From the NCBI GenBank assembly GCA_964016885.1, contig OZ024741.1:64728001-64792000 (forward strand): a stretch of DNA of 64,000 nucleotides, written 5' to 3'. Positions 50,626 through 64,000 of the stretch are shown piece by piece (within the stretch, counting starts at the first letter, position 1; every line of letters starts with the position of its first letter). The translations under genes were made by a program, and so were the position numbers. Source of the DNA: Eledone cirrhosa (taxonomy: Eukaryota). The notes below the pieces were generated by a model. That model was not told the DNA's origin. It saw only the letters and a program-made list of their open reading frames with translations, and did no database searches.

Positions 50626-51845
50626 ACACACACACATATAAATACACACTAATAACAAATTAAACAAAGCAGATCCCAGTAATTTGCAAAACAGTTATAG
50701 TGGTAAACATTACAATTTTATCCTGAGCAACTTTATAGTCATATTTTAAATCAAGTTATAACCTGATTGACTGACATCTGTTTCAATCTATAATTAATAA
50801 CAATAGGATTACATAGTTAATATAGAAGATATGTAACCAGACTAGATATTTCGCAGTAGCTGGTTTAATGCATCACATTTACAGATTCAAACTCTGCCAA
50901 GGTAAATATGTTGAGATGGAAGGGGAAGTGGGGAGGGAATTCAATGAGTTGATTAACTTAGAAAGGTGCTATAAAATTCAATACTGGGTTTAATTTTTAA
51001 TGGGGCTTGAATTAGATTTCAACAGTTTAAATATTTTAACAAACTGAACAATTTTGAACTGATAATAGAAAATATCCAGCTGTTGGAATTTAAAAGATTC
51101 TCTCAGCAGGAGTATCCTTCAATAAAATGTAAATAATAGGAAATAAATGCAAGAAGAGAAAAGAATAGGTCAATATCCGAAAAGTCCTATAAACTGCATC
51201 AATAAATATCTGTGTAAAAGCATTCAATCATAATGCAGAATATTACATCACTGTATGAAATATATAAAAAAAAAGGAAGGGAAAGTAGACAGAGTTATAC
51301 CATAACAATTTAACACAAACACAGGAGACTTATCGATACATAATTTTAAAATATTGATACCTATCCGTTATGCTGCAATTTCTAATCAGCCAGTCTAGCT
51401 ACTAATAATGAAACAAAGAATTTAATTCTATGTAATCTATAGGAAAAGAAAGTTCTCCACATAATTTAATGTTTAAACAATATTGTAGAAATGTTTTGTT
51501 ATAGCAAACAAGATATAGTGTAGTTGTAGTATTCCACTATTTACGTATGAGGATAAAGATAGAAAGAAAAACTAATGCCGAATAAGACGTAGAAACTAAG
51601 AAAGCAATCGGTGAGAATACAAGTAATATTCTACACTTGCCAATTGGCTGGTCACCTGCTTGTGGTGTATGAGACAGACAGGGTGAGTGGGAGAGCATGA
51701 GAGAAGAAAACAATGTGTGAGAGATGAGAGAGAACTAAGAGAAGGATGATGAATTTGCTCAATGGAAGTTACATAGAAAAATCATATAACTAATAGGCAA
51801 ATAAATATAGTATAACTAAAGGGCAACTTGAGGTTTATAGCCTAC

Positions 51846-51945
51846 CTTGTTCATAATCCACTACAGTGGGTGGTTGATCTTCTTCAGCAACCTTTTCTGT
51901 AATAAATTTGAGGATACCCTTACATATGATTACCAGTACTGCCAT
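51846..51945 (-). CDS. candidate alternative first coding exon of AMPK gamma: MAVLVIICKGILKFITEKVAEEDQPPTVVDYEQ
   Basis: aatcATGG context, 33 open codons + G, then AAG/GTAGG donor, phase 1; non-repeat sequence. An internal acceptor (ttacAG, exon 51846-51896) is also possible. Confidence 0.5.
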
Positions 51946-53659
51946 GATTTCTTACTGCAGATAACTGGAAGAGTCCAACTGAGAGAGCAAGCAGGGGAAG
52001 CATAACAAGAGCAAATACAGGTTTGAGCTATTGTCCTCAACACTGTATAGGAAAATGCACTTAAGATATAGAGAGGGGATGGTTAGAATGTTAGTTTCTA
52101 AAAAAACGATAAGCATCATCCGTACAGAAGAATAACCAGTTTAAGCAAACAGTTAAATAAGCAGAAACAATATTATGAAGTAGAAAATGAGAACAAAAAC
52201 AATACTAATAAGAGACTATTTATTATGATAACAATAATAGCAATAAAATGTTATGTGAAAAACTGGCCATGTTTAAGATGAAAGTCATCACATACATATC
52301 TTTACTGTTAATCACACCCACTTTTCAATCCAACACTCCTGAAAGTGCATCAGGTTTTATGATACAAAACTTAATTCAAATTTTCTTTATAAATATCTAA
52401 AAACTTTCCATCATAATTTGATGTAGAGAACTTTTGTCAAGGTATACTCCGACTTCATGAGAATGGGAATTATTTTACTAAATATCTCTAGATTTTTTAT
52501 TTTTTCAAAAGAATCTTTCATTAGAAATATGGTAATGAAAAGATTAAAAGTACCTCAGTATTTAAAAGAAGAGAGTCATACTTTGCAAAAACTATCTATA
52601 CATGCATTATAAATTGAATTAAACTTGGCATTATCAATATTTGAAATTGTGTTGTAAATACCAAATGAATACCAAAATTATTACTAATTTGAAATAATTA
52701 ACAAATAAGAACAAAGACTTAAATAATTGCACCAACATATATACCCAATAAATGAGTAACTTTTAATTGCAAAAATATGCCAATTTCTATCATGTGTATA
52801 TAGACCTGTAGTTTTTTAAACCTGGGTGAGTCCATCCCTCTTCAGGTCTAAACACATCCTCGACATGATTTGAACTCAGAGTGCAGAGATCTGGAACGAA
52901 TAGCGCAAAATATTCTGATGTTTTAACTAATGACCTTGCCAATTTGCTGCATTCAGATTTTTATAATAAAGGTATCTATAATGGCATAATTTTGGGGCCT
53001 TGTGTAGAGTCTGCAACTACTAAGACTACTTCCTAGAATGTCTATCTATATAAAAGGGAAGGACACTAGAAATATTATGCCCCCAAAATACAAAAAAAAT
53101 ACAAAAACAAAAATAGGATGGTCACAACAATATTTTATAATAGGATAACCTTGCCTAATCATAAAATATAGGAAAGGTAAAGGGAAGTAACAATGTAGTG
53201 TACTAAAACAATTGTAAGTATGATTGGCATTGTTTTGAGAGAGAGAAGCATGTAGGTAACAGTATATCTTTGCATCAGCTATTATAGTCTATTTCCAAAC
53301 TGATATTTTTACTTGCCAATGAACAAATGTGTTCATTTCTAATAGACACAAGATTCTAAATCGTAAGGTGGGGTATAGTTGATTGGCCGCTTCTATTTTG
53401 TGCTATTCCCCTCCCCATCGAAATTTCTGGTCCCCAAATTGCCATTTTACTCTACACAATTGGGAGGAGTGTATCCTGCCTAAGGAAAGAGCTCTGTGAG
53501 GTGTAGATGGCTGATGTAGTGAGTGTCACTGACTGTTCTTTGCAGGGCCCAGCTGAGATATACTCTATACTTTTGCTATCTAATTTTTCTTTTCTTTTTC
53601 TATTTTTTATCGCAAAACATTATATAATTTAACTGAAATTTAATGTATAGATTTTAAGA

Positions 53660-54723
53660 ACATAGATTTTATATGTGGCCAGTGCTCTGCTGTAATAAGT
53701 AGCAGCAAGTGCCCACAGAATACTAGCTCATTCCATTGCACAGAAATAGTGGACACCTTCCGTTACTTGGGTGACAAAATCAGCAGTGGTGGAGGGTGCT
53801 CTGAAAGTACAGAAGCTAGAGTCAGAACTGGATGGAAAAAGTTCAGAGAGCTTATACCACTATTAGCCGCTAAAGGGTTCTCTCTAAAAATGAAAGGCAG
53901 GCTGTATGATGACTGCATACAAACAGCAATGTTACATGGCAGTGAGACCTGGGCATTGTGTGCAGAGGATATATGCAGACTGGAGAGGAACAAACCTTGC
54001 ATGCTCCGCTGGATGTGTAATAGTAATATACATGAACGGCAAAGCATAAAAGAACTAAGGGAAAAATTAGAAATAAGAGGGATCAGATGTTGTTTACTCG
54101 AGAGAAGACTATGTTGGTATGGTCACGTGATGCGCATGAAAGACGACAGCTGTATAAAAAAGTGCAGGGCAATAAAAATAGACGGTAGCCACGGAGTAGG
54201 CAGACCCAGAAAAACCTGGGACGACTTGATAAATTCCGACCTCACACACTTACACCTCTCCAAGACAATGTCACTGGACCGAGATCTTTGGCGCTACACA
54301 GTAATACAGAAGACCCGCCTTGCCTAAGTGCAAAGCGAAACCTAGTCAGTAGGCACCTCTGACAAAAATACACCCCCGTCCCACTACCCCCACCTCATCC
54401 ACACCACCCCTCTCAATGTAAAGTTATGTTGGTACCACAACATCCAGTCCGAAACAAATGAGGTCGTGTAGGTGTCACGACAAAAAAAAAAAACCACACA
54501 GTCCACGCTGTAATGTGGCCGTGTAGGTAACACGATAAAAACCTCCCAGTCCACACTGTAAACGTGGTTGGTGTTAGGAAGGGCATCCAGCCGTAGAAAA
54601 CCCGCCAGACAGTCCTATGTGAGCAAGACAACCACTCTTGCCTCAAGTGGGAAAACTCCTGTCCAAACCCATGCAAGCGTGGAAGATGGACGTTAAACGA
54701 TGATGATGATGATGATGACGATG
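53660..54723 (+). mobile_element. 5'-truncated RTE-clade LINE, ORF to 54327, 3' UTR and (GAT)n tail
   Basis: ORF 53749-54327 closely resembles the 5968-6417 copy. Confidence 0.9.
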
Positions 54724-54849
54724 AAATAAGTTGATTAAATCAACTCCAGTACTTAACTGGTACTCCTAGAAAGGAGTACCCCAGCAGGATTTGGACTCAG
54801 AAAGTAAAGTGATGCATATGTGGCTGTGTTGTTAAGATAGAATTCTCCC

Positions 54850-55280
54850 TCTTCTCTAATATTTGTGGACTCTGATTCAGCCGAGATTCATACATCCTAT
54901 TCCTCTCAGAGATACAAATCTCATCTTCAATCCATCTCTGCTGTTTAGGATACACTATACACAAACATCATTCTGAAAATGGTGTTTGCATATAAGTAGA
55001 TTCCACTTTTCTCCATACATCAGCTACAAAAAAAAATTCTATTTATTCTGGCTCAAAATCTCTCACCCCAGTAACCTAAGTATATCTGCTTCCTCTGCCA
55101 TGCTCCAAACACATCACTAATAGCTCTTCTACTATATCACTTTCTGCACTGGGACACTTATTTCATGCCTCTCTGAAGTCATTGTCATTGGTGACATCAA
55201 CATACACAACTATTCTTGGCTCTCACACTCATCCCATATTCATGCTGCAGGTGCCTTAACCAAACCTATTGTAATTTTCA
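54850..55280 (+). mobile_element. old LINE APE endonuclease remnant
   Basis: LSEVIVIGDINIHNYSWLSHS at about 55168-55230 (GDFN-type motif); boundaries uncertain. Confidence 0.45.
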
Positions 55281-55282
55281 AC

Positions 55283-55412
55283 TCACTACATAGGTGGAGA
55301 ATTGACAGTTTTAGAATGCTGGATAGAATGCTTTGCAATATTTGTTCCAGCATCAACTTTGCCTTCCATCCTTTTGAGGTTGATAAAAAAATACCAGTCC
55401 AGTACTGGAATC
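55283..55412 (+). mobile_element. degenerate SINE family A
   Basis: AACTTTGCCTTCCATCCTTTTGAGGTTGATAAAA core. Confidence 0.55.
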
Positions 55413-56629
55413 GATTCTTCCTCTGTATCTCTCTATTTCTCTCCTTCTCTGGAAGAACTGGCTGTGTTCAGACCTGGAGAGATGTCACTATGGTACCCCT
55501 ATGATTGAATCTGGAGTTACAAGTCCAAAATACATATATACAAGCACCCATAATCTTTTTCTCACCTCCAAACCCAACCAAACTATCACCATCTCTGTAC
55601 CTATGGGCTGCATGACTTACTGCTCACCACTCCTTCACATACTATGCACATCTACCCACTGATTAGAGCTCTGCCAGTTCTATGCTAACTATTCCTGGCA
55701 GGACATGTTTCCCACTAGACTCATCAATGACAGCTAGATGCGTGACTTGGGAATATCTCTCTATATCCCTCACACAACCAAAATTTCCATAGCCAAGTTC
55801 CCTCAAGGCATTCAATTGTAACTGCCTGCTTGAATAAAATCACCCATCTCTACAAATTGAAGACTTCTTACCTAGTACTGCAACTCCTATAAGACTATCA
55901 TATGCAATATGAAGTATGCCCCCACTCTCATATATATATATATAATACCCTAACTATAGTGTCATTTATATACAATTGTTTCTACATGTCTCAGTGAAAA
56001 TCTAAAACAAAGTCAGAAAAACAATTGTATGGCACCATAGTTAGTGTAATAATTATCTGTATACTACAACTTGGGTGCACTCCCAAGTTTGGATATCCTT
56101 TACCAAATTACACTATATATATATGTCATGGTTGTGTGGTTTAGAGGTTCGCTTCTAAAACACATATATATCTTTTGTTGATATATATAACACATGATGT
56201 AAATATTAATGGTCTACCGATTCTGTTAATGGACAAATATATTAACAGCCATTAATCTAACTTCGAAGTAAAATCCATCTGGATGAGACAATAATACAAA
56301 ATCACAGAAAGCAATCCTATTAATGGCAATGCATAAAAGCATTATGTATCTTGTTTCTGATTAATATGTCACTATTCACAAATCAAGCAGCATGGGATAC
56401 AAGATATGTGACTTCCTAAAGGAAATATTTCTTTACTAATGTCAATAGTATAATCTATAAAAAGATTCTACAAGAAAGCAAACTACTTGAGATGACAAAA
56501 TAAAGTGCAGAAGAAAGGGTAGGTATAGAGATGTATTTACAAGCTTTATAGCAAAACTGATAACACGTGTCTCATGAAAACTCTTCTCCCATCCACTGGG
56601 AGTTTACCTTTTCTGATGCAAATTGCCAC

Positions 56630-57958
56630 ACTGGACCAGCTACTGCCTGTCTTAAGCTGGGCAATCCCATCCACCAGCCAATTAGGTGCTGTCTTGCCAC
56701 AGTTAGTTAGATATGTGGCTTACATATACAAGTAGCCAAAACAGTGAATAGTAAACACTGTACTAGTCATAACAAGAAGACTACTTAGTGAAGGGTGTTG
56801 GATGCTGGAATGTACAGGCCTTAATCACCAGACTATCAAATAACCTTCAGGAGGCAAGCACCACATGAAAAACTCCAGTAATGAAGACCAAACTGCAAAA
56901 ACTCCAGGTGGACATTGCAATGCGCAGAGATAGATCTTGTAAATTTGAGAATTCTACATGGAAGATTATAACTTTTTATGAAGGGTAGGTTTAATTGTGA
57001 GGAATTTGCTGCTTAAAATGATGGGGATTAGTGAGAGCAGGACAGAGCAGATTTTCTTACTTTGACTCCACACATCTGATGGGTCAATTAATATTGTCAG
57101 TGTCTAATGTTCCAATTCTCTAATCTACACAAAATGTAAAGGAGGAGTTCTACAACAAGCTCTCAACAACAATATTATAACTCCTTGTGGAGTCATAGGG
57201 GTGCCGTAGTGCCTTCATCAATTGAAATAGCCTGTTTAAAATCTTCACCAAGATTGGTGGTTCCCTAAGGCCTTTTGGAATAGTTCAGTCATTCCACCTA
57301 GACCTGAAGAGCATCATTCAGTTTGACAGCATTTTTTGGGAAGACTTCATCATCTTCAATTGTGTGAAACAGGCCTGTGTGTATTTACTACCTATTGTTG
57401 CATCTTTTCTGGTGTAATTCTTAGGCATGCTTTTTGAGCATCAATTAATACTACCTTCATACCAGATCAACCAGGAAGCTGTTCAGTCTATCCTGACTAC
57501 GGGCAAAAGCCAATGTACATAAAATTCTCATCAAGAATATATTTGCAAATAACGTGGCACTGGCAACACACTCACAGAAGCAGCTGCAACACCTTCAGGG
57601 CAACTTCTCAAGAACTTATCTAAAGGAGATCAAACTGTTAGGTTAAGGCATTGAGCGCATCCCTGCCATTACAATAAACAATTATGAACTGGAGGTAGCA
57701 CACAAGTTCAAATACTCATGGAGAGCCTCTCACAAAAGTCTAAAATCAACTGGTATATTGAAAGAGCAACTTAAATACTAGCTAGGCTAATAGATGAAGT
57801 ATGAGAGAAGAACAAGTTAAAGATGCACACTAAGGTTACAGTTGACAAAGTGTGTGTCCTAAGCACACTGCTTTATAGCAGCAGGAAATGAAGCCTCTAC
57901 TTCAGAGTGTCTCAATGCCTTCCATTTTCAAAGTATAAGGTACATTCTTGATATCAAG
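56630..57958 (+). mobile_element. old BovB-like RTE remnant, 5' part (endonuclease and RT pieces)
   Basis: LQVDIA, HTSDGSINIVSV, KEEFYNKL, LFKIFTKIG, IFANNVAL, AITINNYELEVAHKFKY, VLSTLLYSS, LNAFHF. Confidence 0.7.
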
Positions 57959-57959
57959 G

Positions 57960-60287
57960 ATATCGAGCAATTGTACAGCCTTTTCCCCTTCCAGGTATAA
58001 AGAACTGCTACTCAAGGAACCACTGTCAAGTTACAAATCTCAGGACTGCCACCCTCAACATTGGCAGTGAGACTACTGACAGGCAAACAGCATAGATACA
58101 AACTTTACTGGGTAGGAAATGATGATGGGGTAGGTGTGTATTGCGGAGAAATGGATAGATAGGGTATAGAGGTAGATAGAGTAAGAGACAGAATTATCAA
58201 GCTTAGAATAGCCGTAGGAAATAGAATGGTGACAATTACATCTACCTATGCACCATAGACAGGACTGAGTAAAGAACAAAAAGACAGGTTCTATGAGGAA
58301 CTTTTACTGACAACCTCAGCTTCTGATGAAAAGAGACATCATCTTGGCAGGCAACTTCAATGGACATGTTGGTCAGTATCAGAATGAATTCACTCGAGTT
58401 CATGGTGGCTATGATTATGGCTCAAGAAATGAAGAGGGAGTGAAGCTCCTGAAATTCTGTGATACAAATGAACTAACTCTTTGCAACACAAATTTCAGGA
58501 AACTGGCCAGCCACCTGATCACATGCCAATCAGGTCAATACACAAGCCAGATTGATCTCTTACTTGCAAGACAACAAGATAAATGGACTGTAATAAATGC
58601 TAAAGCCTTCTCTGTGGAAGAATGTGTTACTTGTCACAAGTTAGTTAATAGTGACATCAGAATAAACACAAGAATAAAACAAGATATGCAGGAAAACATG
58701 GAAATGGAAGGTTTGGAAGCTAAAGGACCTTTCAGTTAAATATAGGTTTAGAAAGACCCTACGTGATACATTTGATGAGAGTGGTGACGAGCTAGATACA
58801 TATAACGTAGAAGACAATTAGAAATTTTTGTGTGACAACTTATTGCAAACTACTGAAGAGACATGTGGCTGAGTAAAGTGCATGCCAGACAGAGGGTGAC
58901 TTGGTGGTAGAACAGCACAGTGGATAGAGCCATTAAAGCCAAGAGACAGGTGTGGAAAGACTGGAAAGATGGAAATAACAGAGACTGGTACCATATAGCT
59001 AAGAGAGAAGCTGAAAAAGAAAAATTTTCCAATGTCTTGAGATGTGAGGATCAGGGACATGAAGTGTTCCGCATTGCAAGTGTGTCAGTGTGATTTGGGA
59101 TGTTGTTGGGGGAAAGTGTGTTAGAAATGACACTGATGCACATAACACAACTGATGCTCAAAAGAAAGAGGGCTAGAAATGTTACTATGAGAAACTGATG
59201 AATGTAAAGAATGAATGGAAGGAGGAGAGACCACCCCCTACTTACACAACAGAAGGACCAACTACTGAAGTTGACAACTATAGGGTCAACGAAGCAATCA
59301 AAGAGATGTAAAATGGTAAAGCTGCAGGACTATCAGAGATAGTTGCAGGGATGCTAAAAGCATCAGCAGAAATAGGAGTTGAATTTGTAACCTGCATAAT
59401 CAATCAGTTCTGACTGTGGAAACAGATTTTGGAATCGAAAGGTCTAAGAGTTAACTTAGCCAAAACTAAAGTGCTAGTGAGTAGGAGAGAAGATAGGACA
59501 GCGATTCTTTCAGAGAAGTGGCCCTGCTCAATATGTAAAAAGGAAGTAGGCAAAAACTCTGTATGATGTACAAAATGTAAATCTTGGGTACACAAGATAT
59601 GTAGTGGGATAATGTGTAGACTAACAGGAGGGAAGGCTTTTTAAGTAAAAGATGCACAGGGGTAATCAAGGGGAAGAGCGTCAGTGATATAAAACTTTTC
59701 CAATCACACAAAGGACCCATAGAAGTGTTTGATAGCTTCTGCTATCTAGGTGGCTTAATTAGCAGTGCAGTAATGTCTCAGAGCATAATAGCTAGAATGA
59801 GGATAGGATGGAAGAAGTTTAGCGATCTACCCTCACTGTTGACAACAAAAGGTTTCTCCCTATGTACAAAAGGACAATTGTATAATGCCTGTGCAAAGTG
59901 TGATGCTGCATAGTTGTGAAACATGGGTAGTGACTGCAAAGAAATAAAGCAACCATACTTCATTGAATGTGCAACGTAAATGTGAGAGAACGGCAGAGCA
60001 TGGATGAACTGAAGGAGAAATTAGGTTTAAAATGAATCCGAAGTGGTGTGCAAGAGAGAAGACTGCATTGGTACAGACATGATGCACATGGATGATGATT
60101 GCTGGGTCAAAAAGTACCAGGAAATGCCAGTGGAGGGAAGCCACAATAGAGGTGGAGAGAACTGATCTCAAATTGGTAAGACTCAGAGGAGATCATGAAG
60201 GAATGTGGTGAGTGGAGAGATGTTACGTTGAAAACGACCCGTCCAACTCATGCAAGCATGGACAAATGTACATAATGATGATGATGA
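57960..60287 (+). mobile_element. RTE-clade LINE (PHD-finger family) with endonuclease, RT core deleted near 59406, (GAT)n tail
   Basis: TYAP, AGNFNGHVG, GSRNEEG..LL.FC, SQID; 58620-59740 colinear with 35245-36975 except for a gap of about 600 bp. Confidence 0.87.
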
Positions 60288-60522
60288 CTGACCAAATAAT
60301 CAACATTGCAACTGTGATATGCAGTTCGGTACCTAGCCTCTTTACCCTGCTCTAACACTGACCTCTGCATTGGCTAGGCCACATATACTGCATGAGAAAT
60401 GGGTGGAGATCAAGAGACCTGCTATACATGGAGTTGGCCTCCAGCAAGAGAGCTCAAGGGCAGCGCTCATCTTTGTTTAAAAAATGCCTGCAAGAAAGAA
60501 ATGATGTCACTGAATATAAACA
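60288..60522 (+). mobile_element. old BovB-like RTE remnant, 3' part resuming after the nested RTE
   Basis: DQIIN, LHWLGHI, DLLYMELASSKRAQG, KNACKKEMMSLNIN. Confidence 0.65.
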
Positions 60523-60970
60523 TCAATTTGTGTCTTTACTTCTCTCTACAAAGAATATTTATACATAATGAGGCTTACTCTATTTTTATTGGAATCATCA
60601 TTATTGATACCTAATTAATTTTATTTGGAAAGGATTATCCAAAATAGAGCAAATGTTGTTAGTCTGGTTCCTACCTATTTTTAATGAAAATATATTGGAA
60701 AGATGTTTTTCTTTTATGACTATATAATAAAGAAACCAATCACAATAAATACATTTCCTTTTTTCTATACCCATGCCAGCATGGACGTTAAATGGTGATG
60801 ATGATGATTTGTTTTTGATAGTGGAATGGAAATGAATTTGAAAAGCATTGCTGCAAAAAATTAATAAAATGACAAAAAAAATGAAGAAATTTAATTATTG
60901 TTCATGTATATATATCTATATATGTAAACAAAACTCTATTAAACCTTTTTGGATCAATCTGAAATGATAT

Positions 60971-61101
60971 TAATAATCGTTTCTACTTTTGGCACAAGGC
61001 CAGCAATTACCCAGTGCATTACTGGTACTTTATTTTATCGACCCCGTAAGGATGAAAGGCAAAGTGAACCTCGGCAGGATTTGAACTCAGAATGGAAAGG
61101 G
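60971..61101 (-). mobile_element. 5'-truncated SINE family A
   Basis: Core and tail near-identical to 9005-9130. Confidence 0.85.
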
Positions 61102-61330
61102 CTGATATTAATAATAGAATCTTTATCATCCCAATTTTAATATATATATATTTTTAAATGTTGCTTTTGTTGTTCCATTTAAACACCATCTTTGTTCAAA
61201 CCGCACAGGTCAGTCACAACATCTCTTATTTACTACAATCAGCTCCTCTCTTTAAACTTAAATTTACCTGTTTGTCACTTCAGACCACTACTCTAACTTT
61301 CATTGCTATGACAATATTGTTATAACAATT

Positions 61331-61501
61331 GGACTCTGTACAGTTGAGCTCCTTCGCAAGATTGAAACGTCAGTGGCCCGTCTAAGGAGGGAGCCCCATG
61401 AGGTGGGGTGGCTGTTGCAGCAAGTGTCGCTGGACATTGTCTACGGGAATGCTTTTACGGTCTTGTTGGCAGGGCGCAGCCCCTCGACCGCCATGCCCTA
61501 G
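61331..61501 (+). mobile_element. CRE-like retrotransposon C-terminal fragment
   Basis: GLCTVELLRKIETSVARLRREPHEVGWLLQQVSLDIVYGNAFTVLL...stop; aligns with the 28330 and 1924 fragments. Confidence 0.65.
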
Positions 61502-61817
61502 TCCCAGAGCCCAATCATCCTCCCCCTTCTTCTGTGACACTAGAGTCCTCGTTTTTCTTTCTCATTCTCTTTTTTTCTCTATATTTTCCTATTTTACATT
61601 CCATTCTTCTCAATTTAAATTTTCTTTTTTTTCTTTTTCCATTAAACTGTATTTACATGATATATTCCATAAATAAAAGTTTGAAGTAGCTAAAAAAAAA
61701 AAAAATTTGAAAGAAACAAAGGAAATATTGTTCATGCAGAATATAGAGAACATATAAAAGTACTTTCACATTTCACTATCTTTATTTATTTCAATCTGTT
61801 TTCTTTTTCATAAATGT

Positions 61818-62052
61818 TTAACCCTTTTCATACCAACCCACCCCAAACTGCTCCTGGTTCTAGGAAAAAAAAACCACAATTCCTATTGAAACTAAAGCAT
61901 TCCATCATAATTTATTATAAGAACCTTTTGTTAAATTATTACAAATATCCTCTTAATGGTGGAATAATTAATGATCATAGTAAATCACTGCAAGTTCTTT
62001 ATTAACAAGTTCAAATACAGTTCATTTCATTAGAAATACAGTAAAGAGTTAA
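61818..62052. mobile_element. piggyBac-like MITE, family 2
   Basis: TTAA-CCCTTTTCATACC...AAAGAG-TTAA. Confidence 0.6.
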
Positions 62053-62562
62053 ATGCTATATCATAAATGTTATTGTTTCTCTTATTCATTAATGAGTCTA
62101 GTCTTTATAAAATAAATGAATGTCATGTTGGTAAACAGTTTGTATAAAAAAAAAAAAGGATAAAAAAAAGGATAAAATTTATTTTAAAATAAAAATAAAT
62201 TCATAATTCATCAATGTTTGCATAAAAAAAAAGAAAAAGATTAAATAGCAAAAGAGAAAGGGCAGAGGTGGGGAAGCTGCAGACACTAGATTGGTCATAT
62301 GTGTGTGTGAGAGAATTTGTGTACACACACACATGGCAATATATATATATTAAATTATTTCTAAATAAACCATTGGAGTGTTGAGGAAATGTAGAAAATC
62401 TCGAATGCAGAAAATTACTGTGGACACAGTCCATTGCTATAAATAATAGCTTAGAAAATAGATGAAAAATGTGGCCAGCAGATGCTTCAAAGAATTGAAC
62501 TCTGTCCTCTCAAATTCCAGCTGAGCATTCTGTACCACTGAGCTAAATGACTTCTGATATAA

Positions 62563-62786
62563 AATAATGGTTTCTTATATAGGCACAAGGCCAGCAATTT
62601 TGGGGGTAGGGGAAAGTTGATTAAACCAACCCCAGTGCGTGACTGGGTACTTTATTTTATCGACCCCTTAAGGATGAAAGGCAAAGTTAACCTCGGCAGG
62701 ATTTGAACTCAGATCATAAAGGGCCGTAATTCTATGCCGCAAAGCATGGCATTTGATGCTCTACTGATTCTGCCAATCCACTGCCC
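62563..62786 (-). mobile_element. SINE family A, long variant
   Basis: Colinear with 7327-7560 and 11590-11812. Confidence 0.87.
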
Positions 62787-62793
62787 AGATATA

Positions 62794-62850
62794 TAATAAT
62801 TGTGTACAGTGCTCAGGTGCATTACAACTCATCAAAAGTGCACGAGTTTA
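62794..62850 (-). mobile_element. CR1-like 3' stub
   Basis: TTTGATGAGTTGTAATGCACCTGAGCACTGTACACAATTATT on the minus strand. Confidence 0.8.
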
Positions 62851-62865
62851 TACACACACACACGC

Positions 62866-62868
<3 letters not shown>

Positions 62869-62913
<45 letters not shown>

Positions 62914-62940
62914 GTGTGTGTGTGTGTGTGCGTGCGTGTG
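62869..62940. repeat. (TG)n microsatellite
   Basis: Near-perfect TG run with a few CG interruptions. Confidence 0.95.
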
Positions 62941-63270
62941 GAGGGGGAATATCAAGTGTGGTGTTGGCGAATTTTAGGAAGCATGGAAGGTTTGATGATA
63001 ATTAGTCTAAATATCACCTTTAAAAGTAATGGCATTTGTAAACAAACAATTGGAGTGTTGAGTCAGTTGAAATTTTAGGAAACAGAACATTTTTAACACA
63101 GGAAATAACTGGACACTTTTTCCATCTACATATAGGGGTATTTTGCATATGGCTATGATGTTAAGGAGTACACTTCTAAATGACAGTTATAGGTCTGATT
63201 CCACTGTGTAGCACCTTAGGCAAGTGTTTTCTACAATATAACTTTGTGAAGGAATTTGGTAAATGGAATA

Positions 63271-64000
63271 AATAATAATAATAATGAAATTATTGTGTAA
63301 AGTGCTCAGGTGCACTACAACTCGTCAAAGGTGCATGTATAGTACATAGAATAATACACAAATGTCAGGGAAGTACATGTGTGTATGTGTTAGCTGATCT
63401 CGGGAAGCATAGAGGCCTTAAAGGATGCAGTGTCTCGACAGCTAACAACTGATGCAGGTAGTTTGTTCCATGCTTCAGCAACTCTGAGCGTGAAAAAATC
63501 TTTCCGAAAGTCATGGGAACTATGCTGTTTTCTGACTTTGTGGGCATGTCCACGTGTGTTAGACACATGAAAATCAAAAAGGTACTCAGGGTTGTTGTTG
63601 GCAACATGGTTAACAATTTTGTGGGTGTTTACCAAGTCAGTTGCCAGGCGTTGGAGCTTCAATGAATCCATGCCCAGGGAAGCTAGGCGCTCAGAGTATG
63701 GTAGATGCCTGATGGAGGGTATTCGCTTGGTTGCACATCTCTGAACAGTTTCCAGGCGGTCAATGTTCTGAGCAAGATAGGGGTTCCAGACTCGTGATGC
63801 AAATTCTAAGTGTGGTCGCACCATAGCTGTGTACAGCCTTAAATAGATATCTGGAGAGCGGCTGACAAAGGTCTTGCTGAGTGATGCTAAGACACCCTCG
63901 GCCCTCTTGACAATTTTAGAGACGTGCCTCGTCCAACGCAAATCGCTGCTGACCGTAATGCTCAGGTCACGTTCACAGGAAGACTTCTTGATATTAGTGC
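63271..64000 (-). mobile_element. CR1-like LINE 3' part, continues beyond the window
   Basis: ORF 63390-63941 closely matches 82-711 and 33745-34665; (ATT)n tail at 63271-63285. Confidence 0.93.

Overview
AT-rich, repeat-dense animal DNA. The SINE/LINE repertoire suggests an octopod cephalopod (inference). The only clear host gene is an AMP-activated protein kinase gamma subunit (PRKAG/SNF4A-gamma) on the minus strand: nine GT-AG coding exons from 15948 down to 2418 splice in frame into about 273 aa covering the CBS domains. The last exon lies beyond the window start, and two candidate alternative first exons sit at 26124-26148 and 51846-51945. The rest is intronic or upstream DNA full of mobile elements: a full-length but decayed Tx1/L1-clade retrotransposon inside a duplicated (AAT)n site, CR1-like LINEs, an RTE family with a PHD-type zinc finger inside its RT, an older BovB-like RTE, three CRE-like fragments, at least three tRNA-derived SINE families, two non-autonomous Helitrons and TTAA-flanked piggyBac-like MITEs. 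It also holds a 3.5 kb purine-only GA tract and two strong inverted repeats. Best leads: (1) (ATT)n-tailed CR1, SINE and Tx1 elements stacked head-to-tail in each other's tails, with a SINE tail resembling the Tx1 3' end; (2) a Helitron carrying two histone-mRNA-type stem-loops; (3) the PHD finger in the RTE reverse transcriptase. All alignments were done by eye; no searches were run.
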